Positions 10,486 through 19,805 of a stretch of 64,000 nucleotides of DNA are shown here, one piece after another (positions within the stretch are counted from its first letter, which is position 1; every line of letters starts with the position of its first letter). The notes under the pieces were generated by a model. The model had not been told where the DNA came from and did no database searches. It saw only the letters and a list, made by a program, of their open reading frames with translations. The DNA comes from Halorarum halobium (lineage in GTDB: Archaea > Halobacteriota > Halobacteria > Halobacteriales > Haloferacaceae). The position numbers were made by a program, and so were the translations under genes. Location of the stretch: the NCBI RefSeq assembly GCF_032116555.1, contig NZ_CP134949.1:2232001-2296000 (forward strand). The letters run 5' to 3'.

Positions 10486-11706
10486 TCAGCCGTCGTACCG
10501 GGTGACGTTCTCCAGTTCCGAGGGGTCGACGTCCTCGAACGCCTCGCGGGCGATGACGCGCCTGTGGACCTCGTCGGCCCCGTCGACCAGCCGGAACTGC
10601 CGGACCGCCTCGTAGAAGTCCGAGACCGGGAGGTCCTTCCCGATGCCGTTCGCGCCGCACGTCTGGAGGCAGGTGTCGATCACGTCCTGGACGACGTTCG
10701 CCGCGAACGTCTTGCTCATCGACACCTGCACGCGGGCCTCCTCGCCCGCGGCGATTCGGTCGGCCGCGTCCCGGACCGTTGTCCGAACCGCGTGGAGCCG
10801 CGTCTCCGCGTCGGCGATCTCGTACCGGAGCGACTGCTTCTCCGAGAGCGGTTCGCCGAACCCCTCGCGCTCGCTGGCGTACGCCGTCGCCACGTCGAGC
10901 GCGCGCTCGGCCATCCCCGAGTAGCGCATGCAGTGGGTGAGCCGCGCGGGGCCGAGCCGCTGCTGTGCGTGCCGGAACCCCTCGTTCAGTTCGCCGAGCA
11001 GGTTCTCCTCGGGCACGCGCACCCCCTCGAACGTGATCTCCGCGTGGCCGAGGCCGTCGACGCCGCCGCCGAGGTGGGGGATGTCGCGCTCGACCGTCAC
11101 GCCCGCCGTATCGGCGTCGACGAGGAACAGCGAACAGCCGGCGTAGGGGTGTGCGTCGGGGTCGGTGCGGGCCATGACGATGAGGAACTCGGCCTCCGAC
11201 CCGCCCGTCGTCCACCACTTGTGGCCGTCGATGACCCACTCGTCGCCCTCCTTTTTCGCGCTGGTCTTCAGCATCTTCGGGTCCGAGCCGCCGCCCTGCA
11301 TCGGCTCGGTCATCGAGAAGCCCGAGGAGACGTCGCCGGCGACGAGCGGCCGGAGGTACTCCTCCTGCTGGGCGTCGGTGCCGAGCAGTTCCAGCGTGTG
11401 CATGTTGCCCTCGTCCGGCGCGTCGACGCGGCACGCGGCCGGGCCGAGCAGCGAGCGCCCCGCCACCTCGAACATCGGCAGCGCGTCCCGGAAGTCGACG
11501 CCCATGCCGCCGAACTCCTCGGCGATCTGCGGGCAGTAGACGTCGTACTCGCGTGCCGCCCCGCGGAGCTCCGCCACCTGCTCGTCGCTCACCGGGTCCC
11601 CGCCCAGCACCTCGCGCTCGACGGGGATCACCTCCTCGTCGAGGAACTCCCGCGCCCGCCCCGCGAGGTCCCGTGCCGCCTCGCTGTCGTCGTAGCTGAC
11701 GTTCAC
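10486..11706 (-). CDS. Acyl-CoA dehydrogenase (ACAD10/11, LvaC-like subfamily)
   Basis: APDEGNMHTL, FSMTEP, GHKWWT, RLGPARLTHCMR, RLVDGADEVH. Confidence 0.92.
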   Translation of the reverse strand: MNVSYDDSEAARDLAGRAREFLDEEVIPVEREVLGGDPVSDEQVAELRGAAREYDVYCPQIAEEFGGMGVDFRDALPMFEVAGRSLLGPAACRVDAPDEGNMHTLELLGTDAQQEEYLRPLVAGDVSSGFSMTEPMQGGGSDPKMLKTSAKKEGDEWVIDGHKWWTTGGSEAEFLIVMARTDPDAHPYAGCSLFLVDADTAGVTVERDIPHLGGGVDGLGHAEITFEGVRVPEENLLGELNEGFRHAQQRLGPARLTHCMRYSGMAERALDVATAYASEREGFGEPLSEKQSLRYEIADAETRLHAVRTTVRDAADRIAAGEEARVQVSMSKTFAANVVQDVIDTCLQTCGANGIGKDLPVSDFYEAVRQFRLVDGADEVHRRVIAREAFEDVDPSELENVTRYDG

Positions 11707-11803
11707 AGGAGGGTGTCGGACGGACCCGACAAAACGATGTCCCCGAACGGGGCGCGGGGTCCCACCCCCTCCGTTTTTGCGCCCACCACCGGTACGCCAT
11801 CAC

Positions 11804-12979
11804 ATGACCGACGACGCGACCGGCACGGGTGAGGCCGACGAGCGGAGCGCGGACGCCGGCGACGGAGGCGCGGGCGGCGACGGCCGGAGCGCGGGCGGTG
11901 ACGGCGGGACGGACGGCACGGACGACGAGTACACCGCCCGCCTCGTCGACCCCGAACGCCTCCGGGCCCACCTCGACGCGGAACTCGGCCCCGCCGACGA
12001 GTTCGCCGTGGAGCGCCACCAGGCGGGCCACTCGAACGAGACGCTGTTCGTGACCCACGGCGACCGCGAACTCGTCGTCCGCAGGCCGCCGCCCGGCGCG
12101 ACAGCCGAGACGGCACACGACGTGCTCCGGGAGTACCGGGTGATGGACGCGCTCCAGGACACGCCGGTCCCGCTCCCGACCACCGTCCTCGCCTGCGAGG
12201 ACGAGTCGGTGCTCGGCGCGGAGTTCTTCGTGATGGACCGGACCGCGGGCGACGTGCTGCGCGCCGAGGAGCCGGAGCGCTTTGCCGCGCCCGAGCCCCG
12301 CCGACGGATCGGCGAGGAACTGGTGGACACGCTCTCGGCGATCCACTCCGTTGACCCCGCGGCGGTGGGGCTCGCGGAGTTCGGCAGACCGGCGGGGTTC
12401 ACCCAGCGGCAGGTCGACCGCTGGGCGAAGCAGTACGAGTGGGCGTTCGCGGTGACCGCCGACGAGCGCGAGGTGCCCGCCATCCACGAGACGACGGCGT
12501 GGCTCCGGGAGCACGTCCCCGAGTCACACCCCGAGACGCTGGTTCACGGGGACTACAAGCTGGACAACGTGATGTTCGGTCCCGGGACGCCGCCGGACCT
12601 CGTCGGCGTGTTCGACTGGGAGCTGTCGACGCTGGGCGACCCGCTGACTGACCTTGGCTGGATGCTGTCGTTCTGGCGCGAGGCGCGGGACCCCGAGCCC
12701 GCGGTGCCGGAGCTTCAGGCGACGTTCATGGCCCGGGAGGGGTATCCGAGCCGACGGGAGCTGGTGGAGCGCTACGAGGCCGCCACGGGCCTCGAGTACG
12801 AGCACGACCGCTTCTACCGGACGCTCGCGGTGTACAAGCTGGGCGCGCTCGGCGAGATGTTCTTCCGGCGACACCTGGAGGGGAACAGCGACGACCCGCT
12901 GTACCCGCTGATGGAGGACGGCGTGCCGGCACTTGGCGAGCGCTGTCTTCGTATTATCGGCGGTGAAGAGGAGTTGTAA
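11804..12979 (+). CDS. APH-family phosphotransferase
   Basis: GHSNET, RRPPPG, AHDVLREY, HGDYKLDN, DWELSTLGDP. Confidence 0.92.
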   Translation: MTDDATGTGEADERSADAGDGGAGGDGRSAGGDGGTDGTDDEYTARLVDPERLRAHLDAELGPADEFAVERHQAGHSNETLFVTHGDRELVVRRPPPGATAETAHDVLREYRVMDALQDTPVPLPTTVLACEDESVLGAEFFVMDRTAGDVLRAEEPERFAAPEPRRRIGEELVDTLSAIHSVDPAAVGLAEFGRPAGFTQRQVDRWAKQYEWAFAVTADEREVPAIHETTAWLREHVPESHPETLVHGDYKLDNVMFGPGTPPDLVGVFDWELSTLGDPLTDLGWMLSFWREARDPEPAVPELQATFMAREGYPSRRELVERYEAATGLEYEHDRFYRTLAVYKLGALGEMFFRRHLEGNSDDPLYPLMEDGVPALGERCLRIIGGEEEL

Positions 12980-13048
12980 GTAGGCTTCTCCGTTCGGTGT
13001 TTTCGAAGTTCGGTTCGTTTCATCGGTTCCTGGTTGGTTCGATACGCA

Positions 13049-13089
13049 ACTACTGCTTGATCGGCCGAGTAGACCACTACTGCTTGATC
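13049..13089. repeat. 14-bp direct repeat ACTACTGCTTGATC x2
   Basis: Identical copies at 13049-13062 and 13076-13089. Confidence 0.85.
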
Positions 13090-13275
13090 TAGGAGGGCCT
13101 CGCCCTCCCCAACCGCTTGCGATGCTCGCTCGCAGGCTCGCTGCGATGCTCACCCCCCACGCGCGTCGACTCACCCCACAGGGGGGTTCGAGTCACGCGC
13201 GCCAAGCCAACCACCAGCAGGCGCAGACCGCACCCCTGCTGCCGACGCACCCGCCAGTTGACCGGGAGAACGCTC

Positions 13276-13310
13276 CGGTGGACTACCTACGGCGTGCTCG
13301 TTCGGTAGTC
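13276..13310. repeat. GACTACC...GGTAGTC hairpin module of the intergenic repeat family
   Basis: Reverse complement matches 50492-50526 at 32/35 positions. Confidence 0.85.
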
Positions 13311-13340
13311 GGGGGCGCGTCGCTCGGCCGACTTTCCGCA

Positions 13341-13467
13341 GGGTGGGACTGAAAGGGGCCGCGGCGCTCGTGGTGCCCCGACGACGCAAGCACCGCAGGA
13401 ACGAGGCCGCAGGCCGAGTGACGAGGAGCGCAGCGAGGCGCGGCCCACGAGCGCCGCGGGGGCTTTC
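13341..13467. repeat. Long palindromic intergenic repeat, copy A
   Basis: GAAAG-GGG-CCGCGGCGCTCGTGG...CCACGAGCGCCGCGG-GGG-CTTTC; homologous to 26550-26677 and 50648-50690. Confidence 0.88.
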
Positions 13468-13534
13468 GAGGCCACTCCGACGCTCACCTGATACTGGTTG
13501 AACCGAAGACCGCTAAAGATCCCCGAGAAGAACC

Positions 13535-14470
13535 CTAAACGTACGCGAACCACTCCTCGTGGTCGTCCGTCCGCCGCTCCACGAGGTCGAAGAACGCCTG
13601 CTGGAGTTCCTCGGTGACGGGTCCACGCGAGCCGTTGCCAATCTCGACGTTGTCCACCTGGCGGATCGGGGTCACTTCCGCGGCCGAGCCGGTGAAGAAC
13701 AGTTCGTCGGCCGTGTTGAGTTCGCCCCGCGAGATGCTCACGTTGTCGTGCACCTCGTAGCCGCGCTCCTCCGCGAGCGTGATGACCGTGTCTCGGGTGA
13801 TGCCGTCGAGGATCGACTCGCTCAGGCCCGGCGTGTAGAGCTCGTCGTCCCTGACGAGGAAGATGTTCTCGCCCGGCCCCTCCGCGACGTTCCCCTCCTT
13901 GTTCAGCACGATGGCCTCAGCGAAGCCGTTGCGGCGGGCCTCCTCGCCCGCGAGCAGCGAGTTGACGTACAGGCCGGTCGTCTTCGCGTTCGTCGGAATC
14001 TGGCTGGAGGCGTGCTTGCGCCAGGAGGAGATCTTCACCTTGATGCCGTTCTCCAGGGCCTCCTCGCCGAGGTACGCGCCCCAGGGCCAGGCGGCGACGA
14101 CGACGTCCGTCGGGCACTCGCCCGGCGAGACGCCGAGACTGTGGTAGCCGTAGTACGCGAGGGGGCGGACGTACGCCGAGTCGAGGTCGTTCCGCCGGAT
14201 CGCACCCATCGTCGCCTCGGTGAGCTCCTCGCGCGAGTAGTCGATCTCCATGTCGTACGGCTTTGCCGACTCGTAGAAGCGGTCGAGGTGCTCCTCCCAG
14301 CGGAAGACCGCCGTGCCCCGCTCGGTGTCGTACGCGCGGACACCCTCGAAGATGCCCGTACCGTAGTGGAGCCCGTGGGTGAGCACGTGGGTCGTCGCGT
14401 CCGCCCAGTCGACGAACTCGCCGTTCTGCCAGATGACCCCGCCGTCCGCCATCTCCTCGAAGGCCGTCAT
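13535..14470 (-). CDS. ilvE: Branched-chain amino acid aminotransferase
   Basis: LHYGTGIFEG, AKTTGLY (PLP Lys), EGPGEN, GITR, TGSAAE. Confidence 0.96.
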   Translation of the reverse strand: MTAFEEMADGGVIWQNGEFVDWADATTHVLTHGLHYGTGIFEGVRAYDTERGTAVFRWEEHLDRFYESAKPYDMEIDYSREELTEATMGAIRRNDLDSAYVRPLAYYGYHSLGVSPGECPTDVVVAAWPWGAYLGEEALENGIKVKISSWRKHASSQIPTNAKTTGLYVNSLLAGEEARRNGFAEAIVLNKEGNVAEGPGENIFLVRDDELYTPGLSESILDGITRDTVITLAEERGYEVHDNVSISRGELNTADELFFTGSAAEVTPIRQVDNVEIGNGSRGPVTEELQQAFFDLVERRTDDHEEWFAYV

Positions 14471-14563
14471 GCGAGACTCGAGGTATCGCCCGGACTTAAA
14501 ATCATGAGAACCGCCCGCGTTCGACGCGAACGTTGCCGGAGAACCGAGCGGGAACGGTGCAGG

Positions 14564-15241
14564 TTAGCCGAGCGCGTCGACCAGGTCCGCGCCCTCGACG
14601 TACGGGAAGCCGTGGCGCCGGGCGTACTCGCGGGCCGCTTCCGGCGCGAGCGCCGCGCCCGACTCGTCGTCGAGCATCTCACAGACCACGACCGCGGGCG
14701 CGCACCCGGCCTCCGCGGCGAGCGCGAGACCGAGTTCCGTGTGGCCGACGCGGTCGGCCAGTCCGCCGGGCGCGCCGCGCAACACGTCGACGTGGCCCGG
14801 CGAGCGGAACTCCGCCGCGAACTCCTCGGCGCCGTAGTCGTGGCCCGCGGCCACCGTCTCGGCCATCGAGGCGAGTTCGGTGATGGTGCGCGCCCGGTCG
14901 TCGTCGGTGACGCCGGTGAACGTGTCGCGGTGGTTCACCGGCAGCGAGAACGACGAACGGTCGTCGTACGCGAGGTCGTGGCCGCCCGCGGCCGGGTGGT
15001 CGAGCGCGTCCTCCAGGAACGGGAGGTCGACCGCGTCGGCGACGTCGTCCGGGACGGCGACACAGATCAGCCCGCCCGCGTCGTTCCGCATCCGGGCCAC
15101 GTCGGCCGGCGTCACCGACTCGGCTGGCGTGACGACGTCAGTCTCGCCCTCCCGGTCGGCGAAGTCGTGGACACACACCGGGTCGCCCGCGCGGAACGCC
15201 TCCAGCGCGCGGTCGAACGCGGCCGCCTGCTTGCGGCTCAT
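14564..15241 (-). CDS. ribB: 3,4-dihydroxy-2-butanone 4-phosphate synthase
   Basis: [37 protein letters not shown] overlap with ribK. Confidence 0.95.
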   Translation of the reverse strand: MSRKQAAAFDRALEAFRAGDPVCVHDFADREGETDVVTPAESVTPADVARMRNDAGGLICVAVPDDVADAVDLPFLEDALDHPAAGGHDLAYDDRSSFSLPVNHRDTFTGVTDDDRARTITELASMAETVAAGHDYGAEEFAAEFRSPGHVDVLRGAPGGLADRVGHTELGLALAAEAGCAPAVVVCEMLDDESGAALAPEAAREYARRHGFPYVEGADLVDALG

Positions 15242-16011
15242 TCGGTCGCCTCCGTCCCGCCCGCAGGCTCCTCGTCGGCGTCCGCGTCCCCGGCTGTGGG
15301 GCCGTCCGCCCGCACCGCGTCCTCGACGCTCACGGTGAGTTCGTCGCCGTCGTCCAGCCCCAGTTCGTCGCGGAGCTTCGCGGGCGCGATGACCTCGAGC
15401 TGCTCCTCGTCGTGGTGGGTCCGCTCGGGGACGATGACGTGTGCCGGCTCGAACGAGCCGCCGGTCGCCTCGACGCGCGCCGCGTAACACGTCGCCGGGC
15501 CGAACGTCCGCTCGTCGTCCTCCCAGCCGTCGATGGGGACGCCGTCCACCGAGTCCATGCCCGCACGCGCCCGGACGGACGCCTCCGTGAGTGCGACGTT
15601 CAGCGTCCCCAGGAACGGCTCGTAGCCGAGCCGCTCGCGGAACTGCGCCATGTACCCCGACAGCGAGATGTAGTGGCGTCCCTCGCCCATGCCGCCGGTG
15701 ACGGTGCCCGAGAGCGTCAGGCCGGTTCCGTCCTCGAACACGCGCCGGTAGTCGGCGTACTCGGCGCGGAGGCGGCGCTCGCCCTCGTCCGTGACCGACA
15801 CCCACTGGCCGTCGCTCACCACGTCCCGGTCGAGCAGCCCCGCCTCCTCCAGCCGCTGGAGGCGGCGAGAGGCGGTCTGGCTCGACGCGTCGAGACGGTC
15901 GCCGAGCGCGGAACAGGAGACTTTGACGGGCTCGCGGAGCCCGCCGCGGAGGGCGACCGTCTTCAGCGCGGCCACCTCGTCGTGGCCGACGGTCCTCGCA
16001 GTCGTTGCCAT
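15238..16011 (-). CDS. ribK: CTP-dependent riboflavin kinase with N-terminal HTH (RbkR-type)
   Basis: w[42 protein letters not shown]. Confidence 0.93.
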   Translation of the reverse strand: MATTARTVGHDEVAALKTVALRGGLREPVKVSCSALGDRLDASSQTASRRLQRLEEAGLLDRDVVSDGQWVSVTDEGERRLRAEYADYRRVFEDGTGLTLSGTVTGGMGEGRHYISLSGYMAQFRERLGYEPFLGTLNVALTEASVRARAGMDSVDGVPIDGWEDDERTFGPATCYAARVEATGGSFEPAHVIVPERTHHDEEQLEVIAPAKLRDELGLDDGDELTVSVEDAVRADGPTAGDADADEEPAGGTEATE

Positions 16012-16206
16012 TGGCCACAGTACCGGGGCGACCGGCAAAAGCGTATCGAAGGTGAGGTGCGTCCCGAATTCGTTATGGAGGGCGTACGATCCGGATCTCG
16101 TGAGTTAACGCGGGAGCGACACGCTGAAAAATCGTCGGATCCCGGCGTCCATCGACGGTGACCGCGCCGAGGACCGCGTGGCGTGGCCGGGCGCTTCGGA
16201 AACCCC

Positions 16207-16212
16207 TTTATC
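16207..16212 (+). promoter_or_regulatory. Putative TATA box of argS
   Basis: TTTAT about 25 nt upstream of ATG 16235, consistent with leaderless spacing. Confidence 0.5.
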
Positions 16213-16234
16213 GGCGGCGGGGGAAGCCTCGCCC

Positions 16235-17998
16235 ATGTTCAGACAGTTCCGGTCGGCCGTCGCGGCGGCGCTCGCCGAGGCGCTCGCCGAGCGCGGGTAC
16301 CCGACCGACGACCTCGGCATCGAGGAGCCGCCCGGCGACGTGGCGGCGACGCTGGCGTCGAGCGTCGCCTTCCGGCTGGCCGGCGAGGCGGGGGCCCCGC
16401 CGCCCGAGGTGGCAGCGGAGGTCGCCGACGGAATCGACGTCGACGCGACCGAGTACCTCTCCCGGGTCGAGACGAGCGGGCCGTACCTCAACTTCTTCAC
16501 CGACGACGCGTACCTCGCGGGCACCCTCGAGGCGGCCCGGGCGGACGGCTACGGCTCGCTGCCCGAGCGCGGGGAGTCGGTCGTCGTCGAGCACACCTCC
16601 GCGAACCCGACCGGCCCGGTCCACGTCGGCCGCGCGCGCAACCCGATCGTCGGCGACGCGGTTGCGAACACCCTCGCGTACGCCGGCTACGACGTGGAGC
16701 GTCACTACTACGTCAACGACGCGGGCCGTCAGATGGCCGTGTTCACCTGGGCGTTCGAGACGTTCGACGAGTCGGAGCTTCCCGAACCGGACCGCGAGAA
16801 ACCCGACTACGACCTCGTGCGGTACTACCGGAAGGGGAACAGCTTCCTCGAGGCGGGGGACCCCGACGAGGTCGCGGACGCGGAAGCCGAGATCGAGTCG
16901 ATCATGCGGGGGCTCGAATCCGGCGACGAGGCGACCTACGAGCGCGTGAGCGAGGTGGTCGACACGGTGCTCTCGGGCATGCAGGAGACGCTCTCGCGGC
17001 TCCCCGCCGGCTTCGACGAGTTCGTCAAGGAGACGCGGTTCATCCGCGACGGCAGCGCGGCCGAGGCGGTCGACCGCCTGAAGGACAGCGAGTACGCCGA
17101 GACGGACGACGGCGCGTGGGTGCTCAACCTGGGGGAGTGGGGCATCGACAAGGAGTTCGTGTTCCTGCGCTCGGACGGCACCTCGCTGTACACGACCCGC
17201 GACCTGGCCCACCACGAGTGGAAGTTCGAGAACTACGACCGCGCGGTGACGGTGCTGGGCGAGGACCAGCGCCTCCACGCGAGCCAGCTCGAGGCCGCCC
17301 TGGAGGTGCTGGGCAACGACACCGACCAGCTCACCTCGATGTTCTACTCGTGGGTGAACCTCCCCGGCGGCGAGGGGATGAGCACCAGGGAGGGCACCGG
17401 CGTCGACCTGGACGACCTGCTGGACGAGGCGATCGACCGCGCCCGCGAGGAGGTCGAGACGCGGATGGACGACCGCATCCGCGACGACGACCTCACCTAC
17501 GCGGACGTCGAGCGCATCGCCGAGCAGGTCGGCGTCGGGGCGGTCCGCTACGACATCGTCTCCAAGCAGCCGACGAAGACGATCACGTTCGAGTGGGATC
17601 ACGCGCTCGACTTCGAGGCCCAGTCGGCGCCGTACGTCCAGTACGTCCACGCGCGCTGCTGTGGCATCATCGACGAGGCGGCCGCCGGGGGGACGACCCC
17701 CGCGGCCGACGTCGACGCCGAGGCGCTCTCGACGTCCGAGGAGCGCGCCCTGCTGGCGAGCATCGCACGGCTGCCGGCCGTGATCGAGGAGGCCGCCGAG
17801 GATCTCGAACCCCACCGCGTCGCCACCTACACCCGCGAGTTCGCGGAGACGTTCAACGCGTTCTACCGCGAGTGTCCGGTGCTGACGGCGGAGGACGAAC
17901 CGACCCGCGAGGCCCGTCTCGCGCTCGTCGCCGCCTCGCGCACCACGGTCGCGAACGCGCTCGACGTGCTCGGCGTCGCGGCTCCCGAGTCGATGTAG
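16235..17998 (+). CDS. argS: Arginine--tRNA ligase
   Basis: [12 protein letters not shown] (HIGH), [30 protein letters not shown]. Confidence 0.97.
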   Translation: MFRQFRSAVAAALAEALAERGYPTDDLGIEEPPGDVAATLASSVAFRLAGEAGAPPPEVAAEVADGIDVDATEYLSRVETSGPYLNFFTDDAYLAGTLEAARADGYGSLPERGESVVVEHTSANPTGPVHVGRARNPIVGDAVANTLAYAGYDVERHYYVNDAGRQMAVFTWAFETFDESELPEPDREKPDYDLVRYYRKGNSFLEAGDPDEVADAEAEIESIMRGLESGDEATYERVSEVVDTVLSGMQETLSRLPAGFDEFVKETRFIRDGSAAEAVDRLKDSEYAETDDGAWVLNLGEWGIDKEFVFLRSDGTSLYTTRDLAHHEWKFENYDRAVTVLGEDQRLHASQLEAALEVLGNDTDQLTSMFYSWVNLPGGEGMSTREGTGVDLDDLLDEAIDRAREEVETRMDDRIRDDDLTYADVERIAEQVGVGAVRYDIVSKQPTKTITFEWDHALDFEAQSAPYVQYVHARCCGIIDEAAAGGTTPAADVDAEALSTSEERALLASIARLPAVIEEAAEDLEPHRVATYTREFAETFNAFYRECPVLTAEDEPTREARLALVAASRTTVANALDVLGVAAPESM

Positions 17999-18037
17999 GC
18001 GGTCGGAGAACTGTCGGGGCTCGATCCTTCGACGGCC

Positions 18038-18154
18038 TCAGGCGACGAGCGTGCCGCCCGAGGTGGTGACGGCGTACGCGCCCAGTCCGAGCGCGAGCAC
18101 GACGAAGACGATGACCCACCACAGCGGGACGCGACCGCTCTCTGCTTGACTCAT
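18038..18154 (-). CDS. 38-aa single-pass membrane protein (not in ORF track)
   Basis: Manual translation MSQAESGRVPLWWVIVFVVLALGLGAYAVTTSGGTLVA*; GC3-rich codons. Confidence 0.75.
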   Translation of the reverse strand: MSQAESGRVPLWWVIVFVVLALGLGAYAVTTSGGTLVA

Positions 18155-18213
18155 ACGTTGGGGTCGCGTTCGCGGCCCAATGAACTTCGCGGTTCGCCCC
18201 GGGCGAGCGAACG

Positions 18214-19626
18214 TCAGCGGAACAGTCTGCTGAGGATTCCACCGCCGGCGTCGTCCCCGTCGCCCTCCTCGTCGTCCGTCTCGTCCGCGTCCGCGGCGGC
18301 GGCCGCGGACGTGCCCTCGTCGTCGCGCTCGGCGAAGGGGATCGCCTCGTCGTCGATCGCATCGCCCTCCGCCGCCTCGTCCCCCGCGGAACCGTCCTCC
18401 GTGAACTCCTCGTACTCCTCCCGGCCGAGGACGGTCCCCCGTGCTGCCGCGGCCGCCCCGTCCTCCCCGCCGTCGTCCTCGATGATGACTGCGTCGTCCG
18501 AGACCGACTCCTCGTCGCCGGCCGACTCCTCGTCCGCGATCGACTCGTCTCCCTCGGCGACGTCCGGGTCGGCATCGTCGGCGTCGCCGGCCGGCTCCGC
18601 CGTCACGTCGGAACCGTCGGCGTCCCCGGCGGAGTCCGGTTCGTCTTCGCTATCGGGCGCTCGCTCCGCGTCTGCCGGTTCCCTCCGGTCGCCGTCGGGG
18701 TCCGTGTCCGCACCAGCGTCACCCTCGCCGTCCGAATCGACATCCACGCCGTCGTCCCCGTCTCCGTCCACCTCACCGTCGGGGTCCGCGTCCCCGTCGG
18801 AGTCCGCGTCGGTCCCCGGATCCGTGCCGGCGACGGCGGCATCACCCGGCATCGTCGGGTCCTGTTCGCCCTCCTCCACCTCGTAGGAGAGGGGCGGACG
18901 GATCGGTTCGCCCGTGAGCGAGGACGCGAGCGATCGGTAGCTCGCGGCCGCGTCGCCGCCGGGATCGTGCTGGGAAATCGGCTCCCGTGCCGCGATCGCG
19001 TCGGCGATGACCGACTCCTCCTCGATCCGCCCGAGCACCGGTGCCTCGAACGCCCCGGGGTCGACGTCGGCGGCCGCGAGCGCGGACTCGAGCGTGTCGT
19101 CGGGGCCGACGCGGTTGAGCGCGATGCCGACGATCGTCCCGCCGAGCCGTTCAGTCAGGTCGATCGTCTTGCCCGTGTCGACGATGCCGTCCCGTGTCGG
19201 CGTCGAGACGAGCAACACCCCGTCCGCGAGCGAGAGCGGGAGCGCGCTCTCGTGGGTGAGCCCCGCGCCGGTGTCGACGACGACGTAGTCGGCAGCCGTG
19301 ATCGACCCGAGCACCTCGCGGATCCGCGAGGGGTCGGCCGTCCGGAACGCCGACAGCGACTGGTCGCCCGGGACCACCGAGAGCCCGTGGGGGCCCTCGT
19401 AGGTCGCGTCCGCCGGGTCGGCCTCGCCGGCGAGCACGTCGTGGAGCGTCGCCCCGTCTTCCGGTACCTCGAGGCCGAGCGCCGGCGCGAGGTTGGCGGT
19501 CCCGATGTCGCCGTCGACCGCCACCGTCTCGAACCCGGCGGCCGCGAGCGTCGCCGCCAGGTTGGCGGCGGTCGTCGTCTTCCCGACTCCCCCCTTCGCG
19601 CTGGCGACGGCGTAGATAGTCGGCAT
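18214..19626 (-). CDS. minD: MinD/ParA-family ATPase with long acidic tail and C-terminal amphipathic helix
   Basis: KGGVGKTT deviant Walker A, DGD, DTGAG; about 220-aa D/E-rich tail ending GGGILSRLFR. Confidence 0.9.
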   Translation of the reverse strand: MPTIYAVASAKGGVGKTTTAANLAATLAAAGFETVAVDGDIGTANLAPALGLEVPEDGATLHDVLAGEADPADATYEGPHGLSVVPGDQSLSAFRTADPSRIREVLGSITAADYVVVDTGAGLTHESALPLSLADGVLLVSTPTRDGIVDTGKTIDLTERLGGTIVGIALNRVGPDDTLESALAAADVDPGAFEAPVLGRIEEESVIADAIAAREPISQHDPGGDAAASYRSLASSLTGEPIRPPLSYEVEEGEQDPTMPGDAAVAGTDPGTDADSDGDADPDGEVDGDGDDGVDVDSDGEGDAGADTDPDGDRREPADAERAPDSEDEPDSAGDADGSDVTAEPAGDADDADPDVAEGDESIADEESAGDEESVSDDAVIIEDDGGEDGAAAAARGTVLGREEYEEFTEDGSAGDEAAEGDAIDDEAIPFAERDDEGTSAAAAADADETDDEEGDGDDAGGGILSRLFR

Positions 19627-19651
19627 TTGGGAGGAATCGGAGGCACGGTGA

Positions 19652-19657
19652 TATAAA
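19652..19657 (-). promoter_or_regulatory. Putative TATA box of minD
   Basis: TTTATA on the minus strand about 26 nt upstream of ATG 19626. Confidence 0.6.
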
Positions 19658-19805
19658 GGTGGGTCCCAGCGTCCGACACCGCTGCCGCGAGTCTCGACCG
19701 GGCAGAGCCGCCATCGGCGGGTTCGGCGGCCGCCGGGCGGACGACGGATGTGGACGTATCGCAGTATTCAACAGTTACTTACACGCACGCCGGCGACTAG
19801 GACCA

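Noticed and set aside
13049..13151. Short direct repeats as a possible CRISPR remnant
   Set aside because: Only two copies of 10-14 bp with 13-14 bp gaps; no array and no cas genes
13165..13204. GGTTCGAGTC...CCA resembling a tRNA T-arm and 3' end
   Set aside because: No cloverleaf could be built; it is part of a simple hairpin in the repeat module
13341..13467. Hammerhead ribozyme reading of CTGAAAG
   Set aside because: Does not match CUGANGA, and the motif is not conserved in copy B (AATGGAAG)
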